Assembly (NCBI GenBank): GCA_963555755.3
Contig: OY820905.2
Location: 640,001-704,000, forward strand
From: Nitrospirales bacterium
Lineage (GTDB): Bacteria > Nitrospirota > Nitrospiria > Nitrospirales > UBA8639
Direction: 5' to 3'
DNA: 64,000 bases
The notes beneath the pieces were generated by a model, which saw only the letters and a list, made by a program, of their open reading frames with translations, searched no databases and was not told where the DNA came from. This document shows positions 10,701 to 21,824 of the stretch, one piece after another. The translations under genes and the position numbers were made by a program. The number at the start of each line of letters is the position of its first letter. Within the stretch, counting starts at the first letter, position 1.

Positions 10701-11807
10701 CTAATGTCGGACAGGCTCAAAGGGAAACCCATGAGCCTCAGCCACAGCCTGGTAGATGACATGACCATGTTGAACATTCACACCCTTGGCGAGCCACGGA
10801 TCAGCAGAAAGGGCCTGTTTGATCCCCGCGTCAGCCAATCGGACTATAAAAGGTAATGTGGCGTTGGTCAAGGCATGGGTCGCGGTCACCGGAACAATGC
10901 CTGGAATATTGGGGACTCCATAATGCAGCACCCCTTCAGATTCATACACTGGGTCGGAATGAGTGGTTGGTCGAATGGTCTCGACACACCCGCCTTGATC
11001 GACCGCCACATCAATAATGACGGAACCAGGTTTCATCGAGGACACCATCTCGCGAGAAACGAGCTGCGGGGTCCGCGCGCCTTTAATCATGGCAGCACCA
11101 ATGAGCACATCGGCCTCTCGGATGGCCTTCTCGATCGCAATCCGATTGGGGAACAGGGTGGTAATCGACACGCTAAAGCGCTCCTCCAGACGCTGTAATT
11201 GATCCACATCGACACTAAACACCGTCACCCGTGCTCCCATCCCGACAGCAAGTTGTGCGGCAGCCGCGCCAACTCCACCAGCGCCGAAAATGACCACATG
11301 AGCCGCTCTCACACCCGGCACACCTCCCAACAACAGACCCCGGCCACCACTAGTTCGTTCCAAATAATGCGCTCCAATTTGAATAGACATGCGTCCAGCA
11401 ATCTGGCTCATGGGAAGCAGCATGGGTAACCGCCCGGCATGGTCTTCGGTCGTTTCATAGGCAATCGCGGTCATACCCGAATTCACCAACGCATCCGTGA
11501 GTTCTTTTGACGCGGCTAAATGAAGAAAGGTAAACAGGGTGTGATGCGATTCAAAAAACGGCATTTCAGAAAGCAAGGGTTCCTTGACCTTTAAGATTAA
11601 GCCAGATTCTTTGAACACTTCCTCCTTGGAAGCCGAGACATGGCCGCCCATGTCTCGATAGTCTTCATCAGAGAAGCCACTACCCTGCCCGGCATCGTGC
11701 TCAATCCATACCCCATGCCCATGCCCCACCAGTTCAGCCACTCCTTCAGGTGTTAACGCCACTCGAAACTCATGATCTTTGATTTCCTTAGGAATACCTA
11801 TGTTCAT
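10701..11807 (-). CDS. ald: Alanine dehydrogenase
   Basis: IGIPKEIKDHEFRVALTP, KVKEP, AYET, DVAVDQGGC. Confidence 0.96.
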   Translation of the reverse strand: MNIGIPKEIKDHEFRVALTPEGVAELVGHGHGVWIEHDAGQGSGFSDEDYRDMGGHVSASKEEVFKESGLILKVKEPLLSEMPFFESHHTLFTFLHLAASKELTDALVNSGMTAIAYETTEDHAGRLPMLLPMSQIAGRMSIQIGAHYLERTSGGRGLLLGGVPGVRAAHVVIFGAGGVGAAAAQLAVGMGARVTVFSVDVDQLQRLEERFSVSITTLFPNRIAIEKAIREADVLIGAAMIKGARTPQLVSREMVSSMKPGSVIIDVAVDQGGCVETIRPTTHSDPVYESEGVLHYGVPNIPGIVPVTATHALTNATLPFIVRLADAGIKQALSADPWLAKGVNVQHGHVIYQAVAEAHGFPFEPVRH

Positions 11808-12009
11808 GTCAGATTCCTTTCGGAAAAAAGTTGGGCCCCATGGTCAAATTGGAGATACCTCAAACCGTAGATAGAGTCCTCAATTCATTGTCTCATGGCT
11901 ACCGCCCAAACACTATTCATTTTCCCTGTTCGTTTATTGATGCCATACCCAGATTTTCCGAAATTTCACAACTTGCCCACCATGGGACTTCTAGAGTACA
12001 AAAGAAAGA

Positions 12010-12375
12010 ATGAGCGGCTTTACACACCATATTTTCATCTGCATCAACCAACGACCCAAAGGCGACCCACGCGGTTGTTGTGCGGATACGGGGTCGGTCG
12101 AATTGCACGCGTTTTTCAAGAAAGAAGTTGAACGTTTAGGGTTGAAAGGCATTGTCCGGGCAAACAAAGCCGGGTGTCTTGACCATTGTGAATATGGACC
12201 AAGCCTTGTTATTTACCCGGAAGGCGTGTGGTATTGGATGGGAAGTGAAGCCGATGTGACGGAGATCATGGAACGTCACATCATCAAGGGGGAACTCGTT
12301 GAACGATTACTCATGCCAGGTCATGATGTCCCACTCTTACAATTGAATTCTCGGGCAACACCTATTCCCAAATAA
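12010..12375 (+). CDS. Thioredoxin-like [2Fe-2S] ferredoxin
   Basis: HIFICINQR...GCC...AGCLDHCEYGP...YPEGVWY. Confidence 0.9.
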   Translation: MSGFTHHIFICINQRPKGDPRGCCADTGSVELHAFFKKEVERLGLKGIVRANKAGCLDHCEYGPSLVIYPEGVWYWMGSEADVTEIMERHIIKGELVERLLMPGHDVPLLQLNSRATPIPK

Positions 12376-12451
12376 CATGGTATGCTGTTCCGTTCCCGCA
12401 CAACACCCCCAGTCGATTTTCATATAGCGTTTCGAGAATAACGAGACTCGC

Positions 12452-12871
12452 ATGTCCATCAACGAAGCAAAATGGAAGGCCAATCAAGATAAGGTCGCGT
12501 TCCTTAAACAATTTCCCGGATTGGTTCAGACATGGGAAGAAGCCATCGGGCAAACCGTGGAATCCGTTATTCCTCTTAAATCCAATTCCACAATAGCGGT
12601 TATTGTATTGTCAAATGGGCATTTTACCATCGCGCATGCCCCAGAAATCGAGCCCAAATTTTTGCGTGAAAGCATTGAAACGGCTCGTCCAACGTTAGAA
12701 CCTATCCATCCTGATGCATTTGTACAATATGATGTTCTCGCAAAACGTGACCATGAAGCAACACGGACGGCACGACTGGAAAATATTCTCGGTGCCATTC
12801 ACAATAACGTAGAAGAGATTCCTGAGTTGAAAGATCGTCTTCGATCACTCGTGAAGGAGTGGAATTCTTAA
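12452..12871 (+). CDS. Hypothetical protein
   Basis: Operonic between two ferredoxin genes; no motif recognised. Confidence 0.75.
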   Translation: MSINEAKWKANQDKVAFLKQFPGLVQTWEEAIGQTVESVIPLKSNSTIAVIVLSNGHFTIAHAPEIEPKFLRESIETARPTLEPIHPDAFVQYDVLAKRDHEATRTARLENILGAIHNNVEEIPELKDRLRSLVKEWNS

Positions 12872-12872
12872 C

Positions 12873-13163
12873 ATGCGACGCCCAGCCAATATGCTCGATA
12901 TGTTTTCAGGCGGGTTATTTGAAGGAATTAAGCCTATGATGCTGACACGCGACCATTTAATCCGTCATCCGGACCGTTGCACACACAATGCCGTCTGTAT
13001 TCCGGTCTGTCCAACAGGGGCCTGGTTATCCACGCCACCGTATAAACTTGACGAATCACGCTGTATGGAAACCTGTCGATTGTGTCTCGATGCTTGCCCC
13101 ACACAAGCCATCTACGCAGTCTTTCGGAAAGGGGAGAAACTCATTACCCCGCAAAAGGAATAA
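12873..13163 (+). CDS. 4Fe-4S dicluster ferredoxin-like protein
   Basis: CTHNAVCIPVCP and CMETCRLCLDACP. Confidence 0.8.
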   Translation: MRRPANMLDMFSGGLFEGIKPMMLTRDHLIRHPDRCTHNAVCIPVCPTGAWLSTPPYKLDESRCMETCRLCLDACPTQAIYAVFRKGEKLITPQKE

Positions 13164-13220
13164 GGTTCCCCCCAGGGGATGCTCAAATTACGTGGATCGA
13201 ATTATAGGGTTTTTGCGGGG

Positions 13221-13375
13221 TTGAAATTCGAAATCCGAATATCGAAATCCGAAACAAATCCGAAATGCACCACCCGAATGTTCCAAACAGTTCATTGTGT
13301 CTTGGTTTCGGATTTTCTTCTGTTATTTGGTTATTTGAATTTATTTCGAATTTCCACATTCGAGTTTCGGATTTA
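13221..13375. repeat. Heptamer-periodic inverted repeat (TTCGAAA/TCCGAAA); related copy at 27241-27402
   Basis: Arms of AAATTCG/AAATCCG units mirrored by TTTCGGA/TTTCGAA units, between convergent genes. Confidence 0.75.
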
Positions 13376-13404
13376 ATAATGTATGTCTCCGCAGAACCTA
13401 CACG

Positions 13405-14448
13405 TTACCCCACCGCTTTTCGAAAATGCCCCCAATAGGCTGTGCCCATATACGCACTACCTCCGGTCAAGGTCGTACTCAATACAATTCGGTAGACTTC
13501 CATTCGAGAAATTTTGAGTGAGTACGTTGGGTCCAGCATATTGCCACATGTGGTCAACAAGTGTAGCGTTCGAAGCGCAATGAGGATCGGCCACATGCAG
13601 GCTAATCGAAGACGAATTTCGAAACGCGGAATCGACATCGTGTAAAACCACCCTTGGTCTAGATGGGCGAGGGTAATCCCCACCAATTTTTGCAAGACAG
13701 GGTTAAATCTGGACATATTTTTTTTATCCAGGAGGTCCCTGGGTTCCAACCCAACGGATTGCAACAACTCCAATGGAATATAACAACGGCCTCGGCGAAG
13801 ATCCTTGGGAAGGTCTTTCAAAATATTGGTTAATTGCAGGCCCTTTCCAAACCGAATCCCAATTCGATTTTTCTGCTCCCGATCCCAGCGCCGACGAATT
13901 CGTGGAAGATGGGAGCACATCAGATTCGTCCAAAACTCTCCGACACAGCCAGCCACACGGTACATGTAGGTATCCAAATCAGCCATGGTCGGAAGCGCGG
14001 CCAATTGTGATTCCGATTCCCCAGAAAACACCTGCAAATCCATTTCCATCCCACTGATCAAGGTCAGGAGAACCTGACGAATTTCCTCCTGGTCTTCTAA
14101 CTCGAGCGTTTCATACAGGTGAAAACAGGCTTCCAAATTTTCGAGCAATTTCCGTTCGCCGGGATGCCCCTGTTGCGGAGCCATCATGGATTGGACTGCA
14201 CTAATTTCATCCCAGTTGAGATCTTCACGAACAAACTGAAGCTTAAACTGCTGAAGAAACAGCACGCGAGCACTTCGGTCCACCAGACCGGTATCAGCCA
14301 CCGTGTCGGCAGCACGCGCAAAGAGATAGGCTATGCCTACCTGCTTCGCTACGCGAGAAGGCAACACCGCCAATGTGAGATAAAATGATCGCGAGACCTG
14401 CCTCAATAAATCATGCAGGAGATAGTCTTCATTGGGCTCTTGACTCAT
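13405..14448 (-). CDS. Squalene/phytoene synthase family protein
   Basis: VSRSF, YLFARAADTVAD, YRVAGCVG, GLQLTNILKD, GRCYIP. Confidence 0.92.
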   Translation of the reverse strand: MSQEPNEDYLLHDLLRQVSRSFYLTLAVLPSRVAKQVGIAYLFARAADTVADTGLVDRSARVLFLQQFKLQFVREDLNWDEISAVQSMMAPQQGHPGERKLLENLEACFHLYETLELEDQEEIRQVLLTLISGMEMDLQVFSGESESQLAALPTMADLDTYMYRVAGCVGEFWTNLMCSHLPRIRRRWDREQKNRIGIRFGKGLQLTNILKDLPKDLRRGRCYIPLELLQSVGLEPRDLLDKKNMSRFNPVLQKLVGITLAHLDQGWFYTMSIPRFEIRLRLACMWPILIALRTLHLLTTCGNMLDPTYSLKISRMEVYRIVLSTTLTGGSAYMGTAYWGHFRKAVG

Positions 14449-14457
14449 GGGAGTAAG

Positions 14458-14907
14458 CTACCGAACTTCAAGGTGGCCTTCCATACCTTCATCACGATGC
14501 ATGGGAAAGAAGAGAAATTGTTTGTCGCAATAAAATGTATAGGTACCGGGCGTGGTTAAAAAAAGTTGAAGATTCACCGAATCCCCCGCGCTGATTTCGA
14601 TTTCATGATGAAGGCCCATCGCTGGATTATCAATCACAAAATTATGAGGGATCAGGAACGAATGATTTTCCAATCGAATCGAAACGGGCGTATCGGCTTG
14701 AATGATAATGTCATGTGGCGAAAAAGAATAACTTTCCATGACGATCGTAATCCGTTGCACCCCGTCTTCGTCCGGTACAAGTGAAATGGGAGGCGATGTT
14801 TCAGCAAATCCGGACACGGGTATCAAATATACAAGGAAAAGAAACCCACCCACCCATAGGAGTAGACATTTCGATACGCAAATCCATCGCTGGAAAATAT
14901 TTTCCAT
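14458..14907 (-). CDS. Cupredoxin-domain protein
   Basis: Signal peptide, PHNF, GTYTFYC...HRDEGMEG. Confidence 0.85.
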   Translation of the reverse strand: MENIFQRWICVSKCLLLWVGGFLFLVYLIPVSGFAETSPPISLVPDEDGVQRITIVMESYSFSPHDIIIQADTPVSIRLENHSFLIPHNFVIDNPAMGLHHEIEISAGDSVNLQLFLTTPGTYTFYCDKQFLFFPMHRDEGMEGHLEVR

Positions 14908-15189
14908 ATCAGCTGAAACTCAAGAAAATATCCGAAAAGGAGATTAACAAAAACTTTATAATTCGTTTATCATCACTGCTAACACCATTCTCAACCTTGA
15001 CTCATAAAAAAATGGTATTATATATCAAATAGTTAACAAAATTGATTGCTCTTTTTTCGTGTACCCTCCGCATCCTGCCGAAAGGGTACCATGAGTGACG
15101 GAGAAAGGCTTCAATACAACCGGAGATCTGAACTGACATGCACAAACATATGATTTTTCAATTCCCATGCCCTGTAGAGGAGAACATGA

Positions 15190-16074
15190 ATGAAAAAGCT
15201 TAAAGGTATTGGCCTGCTGCTTCTGTCCAATATACTCATCATTGCAACCCTTTCGATTACGTTCACCATTCTCTCCCAAGTGATCTTGCCTTACTTCGGC
15301 ATAGACATCCGCGGAATAGTTTCGGGGCCAAATCTGTTATTTGCATCCTTTTTTGGATTTGGTGGCGCCTTTCTCAGCTTGGCGTTGTCAAAATGGCTTG
15401 CAAAGAAGATGGTTGGGGCCACTCAAATTACCCACCCCCGAACCCAGGCCGAAATATTAGTGTTTGAAACAATCCAAAAAATTTCCGAACGGCTCAGTAT
15501 CACGATGCCTGAAGTGTACATTTATGAAGCACCAGACCCTAATGCTTTCGCCACAGGACCATCCAGGAACAAGTCGATGGTCGCCGTCTCCACGGGTTTA
15601 CTGCAAAATTTACATGAAGGGGAAATCCGGGCTGTGTTGGCTCACGAAATGGGGCATGTCTATCATGGAGATATGTTCACCACCACGGTCTTGGCGGGTC
15701 TTATGAATACCTTTGTGTATTTAATCGCCAATGTTGTGTATAGATTTTTGGCTGAACGAAGCGAGGGAATGGCCTTCATCGGGTACTTTATTATCCATAT
15801 GGCCCTTTCATTCCTTGCAATGATTCCCATTAGCTGGTGGTCACGACGCCGGGAATTTTCAGCGGATAAATTTGCGGCGAACACCGTGGGCAAGGACAAC
15901 ATGATCTCTGCCCTACAATCCATCAATCGATGGGTCAATCAAGTCCAATATCAGTATCATTCCGAGGACGCGTTAGCGACCATGAAAATTTCAGGTCAAA
16001 CTCGAAGTTTCATGCAATTATTCTCTACCCATCCACCAATTGAAGATCGTGTGACAGCACTTCAACAATTGTAA
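15190..16074 (+). CDS. htpX: Zinc metalloprotease HtpX
   Basis: PNAFATG, LAHEMGH, SRRREFSAD, STHPP. Confidence 0.93.
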   Translation: MKKLKGIGLLLLSNILIIATLSITFTILSQVILPYFGIDIRGIVSGPNLLFASFFGFGGAFLSLALSKWLAKKMVGATQITHPRTQAEILVFETIQKISERLSITMPEVYIYEAPDPNAFATGPSRNKSMVAVSTGLLQNLHEGEIRAVLAHEMGHVYHGDMFTTTVLAGLMNTFVYLIANVVYRFLAERSEGMAFIGYFIIHMALSFLAMIPISWWSRRREFSADKFAANTVGKDNMISALQSINRWVNQVQYQYHSEDALATMKISGQTRSFMQLFSTHPPIEDRVTALQQL

Positions 16075-16102
16075 GAAGCAACGCCACATAGGTCCTAAAA
16101 GG

Positions 16103-16143
16103 AAAAAGCCGTCACCTTCCCTCGTTGTAGGTGACGGCTTTTC
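16103..16143 (+). terminator. Rho-independent terminator
   Basis: AAAAGCCGTCACC...GGTGACGGCTTTT. Confidence 0.8.
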
Positions 16144-16722
16144 TTATTTCGGTCAAGGACCCCCCCCACGTTTAAAAATACCGAGCACTCCCCTCCCCTG
16201 ATAAACTCATAAATTTCCTAGAAAGGCAGATCAAGGCCAAAACTTTTTAACCCCTAGCGTGTTTTTTAATTTAAAAACGCTAACTTCCGATAGAATCAAT
16301 AAAACTTTCTAAGAAAATGAGTAAATTAATTCAGCTAAGCTATTATACTTATATTAACCCCCCAAAATGGGAACTTCAAATTCTTTCATGAAATTTGCGA
16401 TAATACAGCATTGGTTCTAATTTCACTTGGGTCAAATGTCCGAGAACTATTCGGGCGTATTTGTAATGGTGGAAACTGAAAAGGGTATGTGTTTAGGGTC
16501 TACGAGGAAACATGTGGAGGAATTCTGAAAGTCCGAAGGTCCGAGATCATTCGGTCGGGGGCTGGCGCATGTATCTGGGAATGCTGGCTAGTCTGGTGTC
16601 CAAGGGGCAACTATGTGGATGTAGAACAGCTTGATTGGCTTACATCGTACGCTTAAAGGTTACCATGATTTTTGTATTCCAACCGCAGTTTCTAGGTGTA
16701 CATTGAGGTTCATTTGGGAGAG

Positions 16723-17427
16723 ATGAAAATGGGAATACTATCTAAACACACGTTCATCATTATTGTTGCACTAGGAATGACCATAACCCTGGGCGATCAC
16801 GCCCACAGTGGACATGGTGTGACTAATGTGTTGCGGCAAAATCTTGGTCAGCTCACAGAAATAGCGGACATCATTTTGGTTGGCAAAGTGGTTGAGATAC
16901 ATGATGGGCTGGCAGAGAACAATCTTCCTTACACCGAGATCACATTTGAGGTCAGTCGGTTGATAAAGTCAAGGGGTGATAAATTTAAAGATCGACCGAA
17001 ATGGGAACGCCGCCAGCTGAGCGATCGGCCAGATCGGCATACCTTTACTTATCGCCAATTTGGTTTATTGAAACCACGGGATATGGGCAACGGGATGGCT
17101 TTGGCCGCCACCTTGGATGGATTTCCCAAGTATGCGATGAACGAAGAAGTCATGGTCTTCCTCTATAAGCCTGCAGGCCTCAGTGGCTTTCGGACAACCG
17201 TCGGGCTAGCCCAGGGTAAGTTTTCTATCAAAAAAGGGAAAATGGTCAACCGCATCAATAACCGCCATTTGTTTGCCAATATGGAGATTGAACGAGAGAA
17301 GCTCCGGGTAGAGGAGCGGCACATGTTCACGCAACGCTCGGGCCCTCTTGATGCGAACATGGTCATTAACCTGGTCTCGCGTGCCGTCAAAGAAGGGTTG
17401 TTTACACGGTTTAAAGTTGCGCAATAA
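16723..17427 (+). CDS. Secreted hypothetical protein, translationally coupled to the downstream protease
   Basis: Signal peptide, ADIILVGKV...TVGLAQGKF, and a TAATG overlap with the next gene. Confidence 0.75.
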   Translation: MKMGILSKHTFIIIVALGMTITLGDHAHSGHGVTNVLRQNLGQLTEIADIILVGKVVEIHDGLAENNLPYTEITFEVSRLIKSRGDKFKDRPKWERRQLSDRPDRHTFTYRQFGLLKPRDMGNGMALAATLDGFPKYAMNEEVMVFLYKPAGLSGFRTTVGLAQGKFSIKKGKMVNRINNRHLFANMEIEREKLRVEERHMFTQRSGPLDANMVINLVSRAVKEGLFTRFKVAQ

Positions 17428-20400
17428 TGAAATCATTTTCGAAAAAGCCATTTCTTGTTCTACTTTGTGGCCTACTGATTCTTGCCAGTTCCAGCTTGGC
17501 ACCTGCCGGCGGTCCTATATCCCTTTTTGATAGCGGAACACCTACTCTGTGGGGTGGTGGTGTCTTTGCTACTTTCCCGATTCCTTACCTTAAGGACCAA
17601 GGCCCTTTGGGGCCGTTGAGCAACAGTGAAGCAGACGCCCTCACCATTTTCAGTATGAACGAGTGGGATGCTGTCTCTACATCCACGTTTTCTGTGATTG
17701 ATGGTGGGGATACACCCTTCGATATCACATCCGCGAATGCTTCCAACTATCTTTTTAACTTTCATGGGTCTGTCATTGATGTCGTGTATGATGACAATGG
17801 AAGCATTTGTGCTGCCGTGTTTGGTTGCCCCCCTGGAGTGTTAGGACTTGGCGGACCCCTATTCGTTGGCACCACAGTTCCTGCAATTGCCTCAGCCCTG
17901 GTGTTAATGAATGGGGCGGCTATTGATCCATCAGATACTGGTGGCACCGCCTATCGAATCGTGTTCAGTCAGGAATCCGGCCACGCCATCGGCCTACATC
18001 ACGACCAAACCAATGGAGCCGTCTCGTTTTTTGGGGATGAATCTGCTCCAACCGGGTGCCCGAGTGTCGGAGCACCGTTCTTCTCCGATTTTACAGCGAT
18101 GTACCCCTTTGCCAGTGTTTCCCCAAGTGGCCCTGGCGCAGAAGCCGCTTCAATCGACCATCCGGAAGATCTCCATGCCCTGTCGAGGTTTCACCCCGTT
18201 GCAACCTATTCGGCCACAACGGGCACCATAACAGGGACGGTGTTTCAATCGGATGGTATCACGCCAGTCAATGGTGTAAATGTTATCGTGCGAAGTGTGA
18301 CCGATCCTTTTGGAGATGCTCGATCGACAATAACGGGTGACCTCTCCATTCCTACCGGTGATGCATTTGAAGGCACCTTTGTCCTGACGGGGTTAACCCC
18401 TGGAACGATTTACACGTTGGCTATTGATAATATTGTTGATGGTGCGTTTCCCCAACCTCCCGCCCCTTCCTTTACTGAAGAATATTGAAATGACACATCT
18501 GAATCCAGCAATTCGGCCACAGACAATCCTTGTGATCTGACTCCGATCATCCCCGTTGCAGGTTCAACCGTAGTTGCGAACTTTGTTTTAAACGGGCCGG
18601 ATACCACCGGCCCCACCGTCACGATTAACCAAGCCGCCGCGCAACTGGATCCAACGAACGCCTCCCCGATCAATTTCACGGCGATCTTCAACGAACCCGT
18701 CAGTAATTTTGCCACGGGCGACGTGACCCTCAGTGGCACCGCAGGGGCGACCACGGGCACCGTCACCGAGATTGCGCCCAATGATGGCACCACCTACACC
18801 GTCGCCGTCAGTGGCATGACGAATGATGGCACCGTCATCGCCGACGTGCTCGCCAACGCCGCCACGGATGGGTTGGGTAACGGCAACACCGCCTCCACCA
18901 GCACGGACAACACCGTCACCTTCGATGCCACTGCCCCCACCGTCACCATTGATCAAGCCACCACCCCCCCGCAACTGGATCCCACTAGTGCCTCGCCGAT
19001 TAACTTCGCCGTCGTCTTTAGTGAAAGTGTGGCCGACTTCGACAGCAGTGATGTCACCGTCAGTGGCACGGCCGGCGCCACCGCCGGGACCGTCACAGGC
19101 AGTGGGACCACCTATAACGTGGCGATCAGTGATATGACGGGCCCGGGAACGGTCGTCCTCGACATTGCGGCTGGCGTCGCGACCGATGGGCTCGGGAACC
19201 CGAACAGTGTCGCCACCATTCTCGATAACACCGTCACGTTTGTGGTTCCGGGGGAAGAGTTTCAACAAGATTCGGGAATCGATGGGATCGTAGCGCTGGA
19301 AGCCGAGCATGCCGATAGCAACACCCCCCAGGGCGCCCATAGCTGGATCGTCGCGACGAGTGTGCCGGGCTTCTCGGGCGACAGTGCGTTAGCCGCCACT
19401 CCGAACACGGGGATCAACAACGATACGAATTATGCCGCGCTCAGCCCGCGGCTGGACTTTGCCGTGAACTTTGTGCACACCGGAACGCACTATGTGTGGA
19501 TCCGCGGGCTGGCGGCGACGACCAGTGACGATTCGGTGCATGTGGGGCTGGATGGGCAAGAGCTGGCCAGCAGTGATCGCATCGACGGCTTTGGAACGAG
19601 TTGGACCTGGTCGCCGTCGACGCGAGATGGGGTGGTGGCCACCATGCAAGTCGCCACCGGTGGCCTGCATACGGTGAATGTGTGGATGCGGGAGGATGGG
19701 TTTGTCCTGGATAAAGTGGTCTTAACCATCAATGCCAGTTTCCCCACGCCGGTGGGCGAGGGGCCACCGGAAAGCCTGCAAGGCCCGCCACCGCCGCTGC
19801 ACACGCTCAATGTCACGGTGAACGGGAGTGGCAGTGTGACGAGTGTCCCAAGTGGGGTGGCGTGTCCGGGGACCTGTAGTGTTGACTATACTGAAGGGAC
19901 GGTGGTGATACTGACGGCAGTAGGCGATTCCGGGTTTGGCTTTGACGGGTGGAGTGGGGCCTGTACGGACACGGGGACCTGTAATATGACGATGGATCAA
20001 GCCCAGGCCGTGACGGCGACCTTCTCACTCCTGCCGCCGACGCCGCAGACCTTAACCGTCACGCTGAGCGGCAATGGGACCGTGAGCAGTGTCCCAGGCG
20101 GGATAAACTGTCCGGGCACGTGCACGATCGATTTTCCGCAAGACACGGCGGTCACCCTCACCGCCCAAGCGGATCCCGGCTCGGTGTTTATGGGATGGAG
20201 TGGTGCGGGGTGCAGTGGGATGGAGCCGTGTGTGGTACCGATGACTCAACCGCAGAATGTGACGGCCACCTTTGTGGTTCCGGGGGCAGAATTTCAACAA
20301 GATTCGGGAGTCGATGGGCTCGTAGCGCTGGAAGCCGAGCATGCCGATAGCAACACCCCCCAGGGCGTTCATAGCTGGAGCGTCGCGACGAGTGTGCCGG

Positions 20401-20825
20401 GCTTCTCAGGCGACAGTGCGATGGCCACCACGCCGAACACGGGGACCAACAACAATACGAATTATGCCGCGCTCAGCCCGCGGCTGGACTTTGCCGTGAA
20501 CTTTGTGCACACCGGGACGCACTATGTGTGGATTCGGGGAATTGGGGCGACGAACCTTGACGATTCCGTGCATGTGGGGCTGGATGGGCAAGAGCTGGCC
20601 AGCAGTGATCGCATCGACGGGTTTGGAGCGAGTTGGACCTGGTTGCAGTCGACTCGCGATGGGGTGGTGGCCACCATGCAAGTTGATACCGTTGGCCCCC
20701 ATACGGTGAATGTGTGGATGCGGGAGGATGGGGTGCTTCTGGATAAAGTGGTCTTAACCATCAATGCCAGTTTCCCCACGCCGGTGGGCGAGGGGCCACC
20801 GGAGAGCCTGAAAGGGCCGCCGTGA
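17427..20825 (+). pseudogene. Secreted multidomain protein (metzincin-like, carboxypeptidase-regulatory-like, 2 Ig-like, 2 GH115-C/CBM-like, 2 InlB-B-like repeats) with one in-frame TGA
   Basis: ORFs 17427-18488 and 18723-20825 share a frame. The only stop is TGA 18486-18488 in EEY*ND. Motif QESGHAIGLHH. Confidence 0.8.
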
Positions 20826-21824
20826 GTGGTTAGGACGCTCGGGTACAAATACAGGATTGCGGTGTAAAAACTAATTTTGGCCGAATCAACATAAGGGCGC
20901 GTGCCACCCCTTGGGCACCAGCCAGAATCTGAATATGATTGTATCTGAATAGGCACATTTCTGAGTGGCTTTGAGCCTGCAGGGCTTGAATACCTAAGTC
21001 CTTTTTTCGCATACCCCAATTCAATTCGGCTCCCCTCCTCTTCGGTTAGGGCGTGTGGGAGGGCATTTTGGGCCAAAAGGCTCTGGCTGCCAAGGGAAAC
21101 CCAAGGTCCAAGTGCAGTTCGTCATACGGGGTTGGATCACCTCAAGGGCATTGGAAAGCATGCTGTCCTCTACTCAATAAGCCTTCCCAGTTGGGGCTCA
21201 TTTTAAGAAATGTGAACCGCTACGATTTTCTCCGCTTCTCGAACTCACCGATTCAAAAACCAGCGCAGGCTTTTCGACCAAACCAGATGGCAGAAGAGTG
21301 TCTGCATTCTCGGGTGCTCAAGGCACACACCGTTGTCAGAAACAGGCAGTTCCCTAGGTATTCCAAAGATTGATCAATTCCTTTAAGGTACAAAGAAGGT
21401 TTTTAGTAAAACAAGATGTGCCATAGGCGAAAGAGGCTATAGAATATTTGAAAATTTCTCGATGGCCGGCAACGCCAGACACATACACTAAATCGGAAAG
21501 AGGAGTCTGAACTGGATTTTGTGAACTACTCCCAAACCGTAAAAAAAGAAGTTTTCATGTCTTACGTTTCACGCATTACGTCACAAAAGAACCCCGCTGG
21601 TGGCCTTTAGAGAAACAGTCCCGGAAAGAGAGAAACATGAAAAGGAGTGTAATGAACAGCGTGACTCAGGAGTTATTTGAAACCATTACTCGGATTCTTC
21701 AGGATTGAATGGTGAAGGAATACCTCGACCAAAGAAAATTTTTTGTCATCGATCGATTCTCACCTCAAAGATGGTCAAGAAATACTCAGGACTCGTTTTT
21801 TGAACAAATTGTGAGGAGATTTGC

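Noticed and set aside
16150..16700. Riboswitch in the long intergenic region
   Set aside because: No recognisable aptamer consensus.
18486..18488. Selenocysteine or genetic-code reassignment
   Set aside because: TGA is a normal stop elsewhere in the window, the context suggests Trp, and I see no convincing SECIS.
20830..21800. Short ORFs between the surface protein and TIGR00266 genes
   Set aside because: No motifs or RBS support; possibly decayed DNA.
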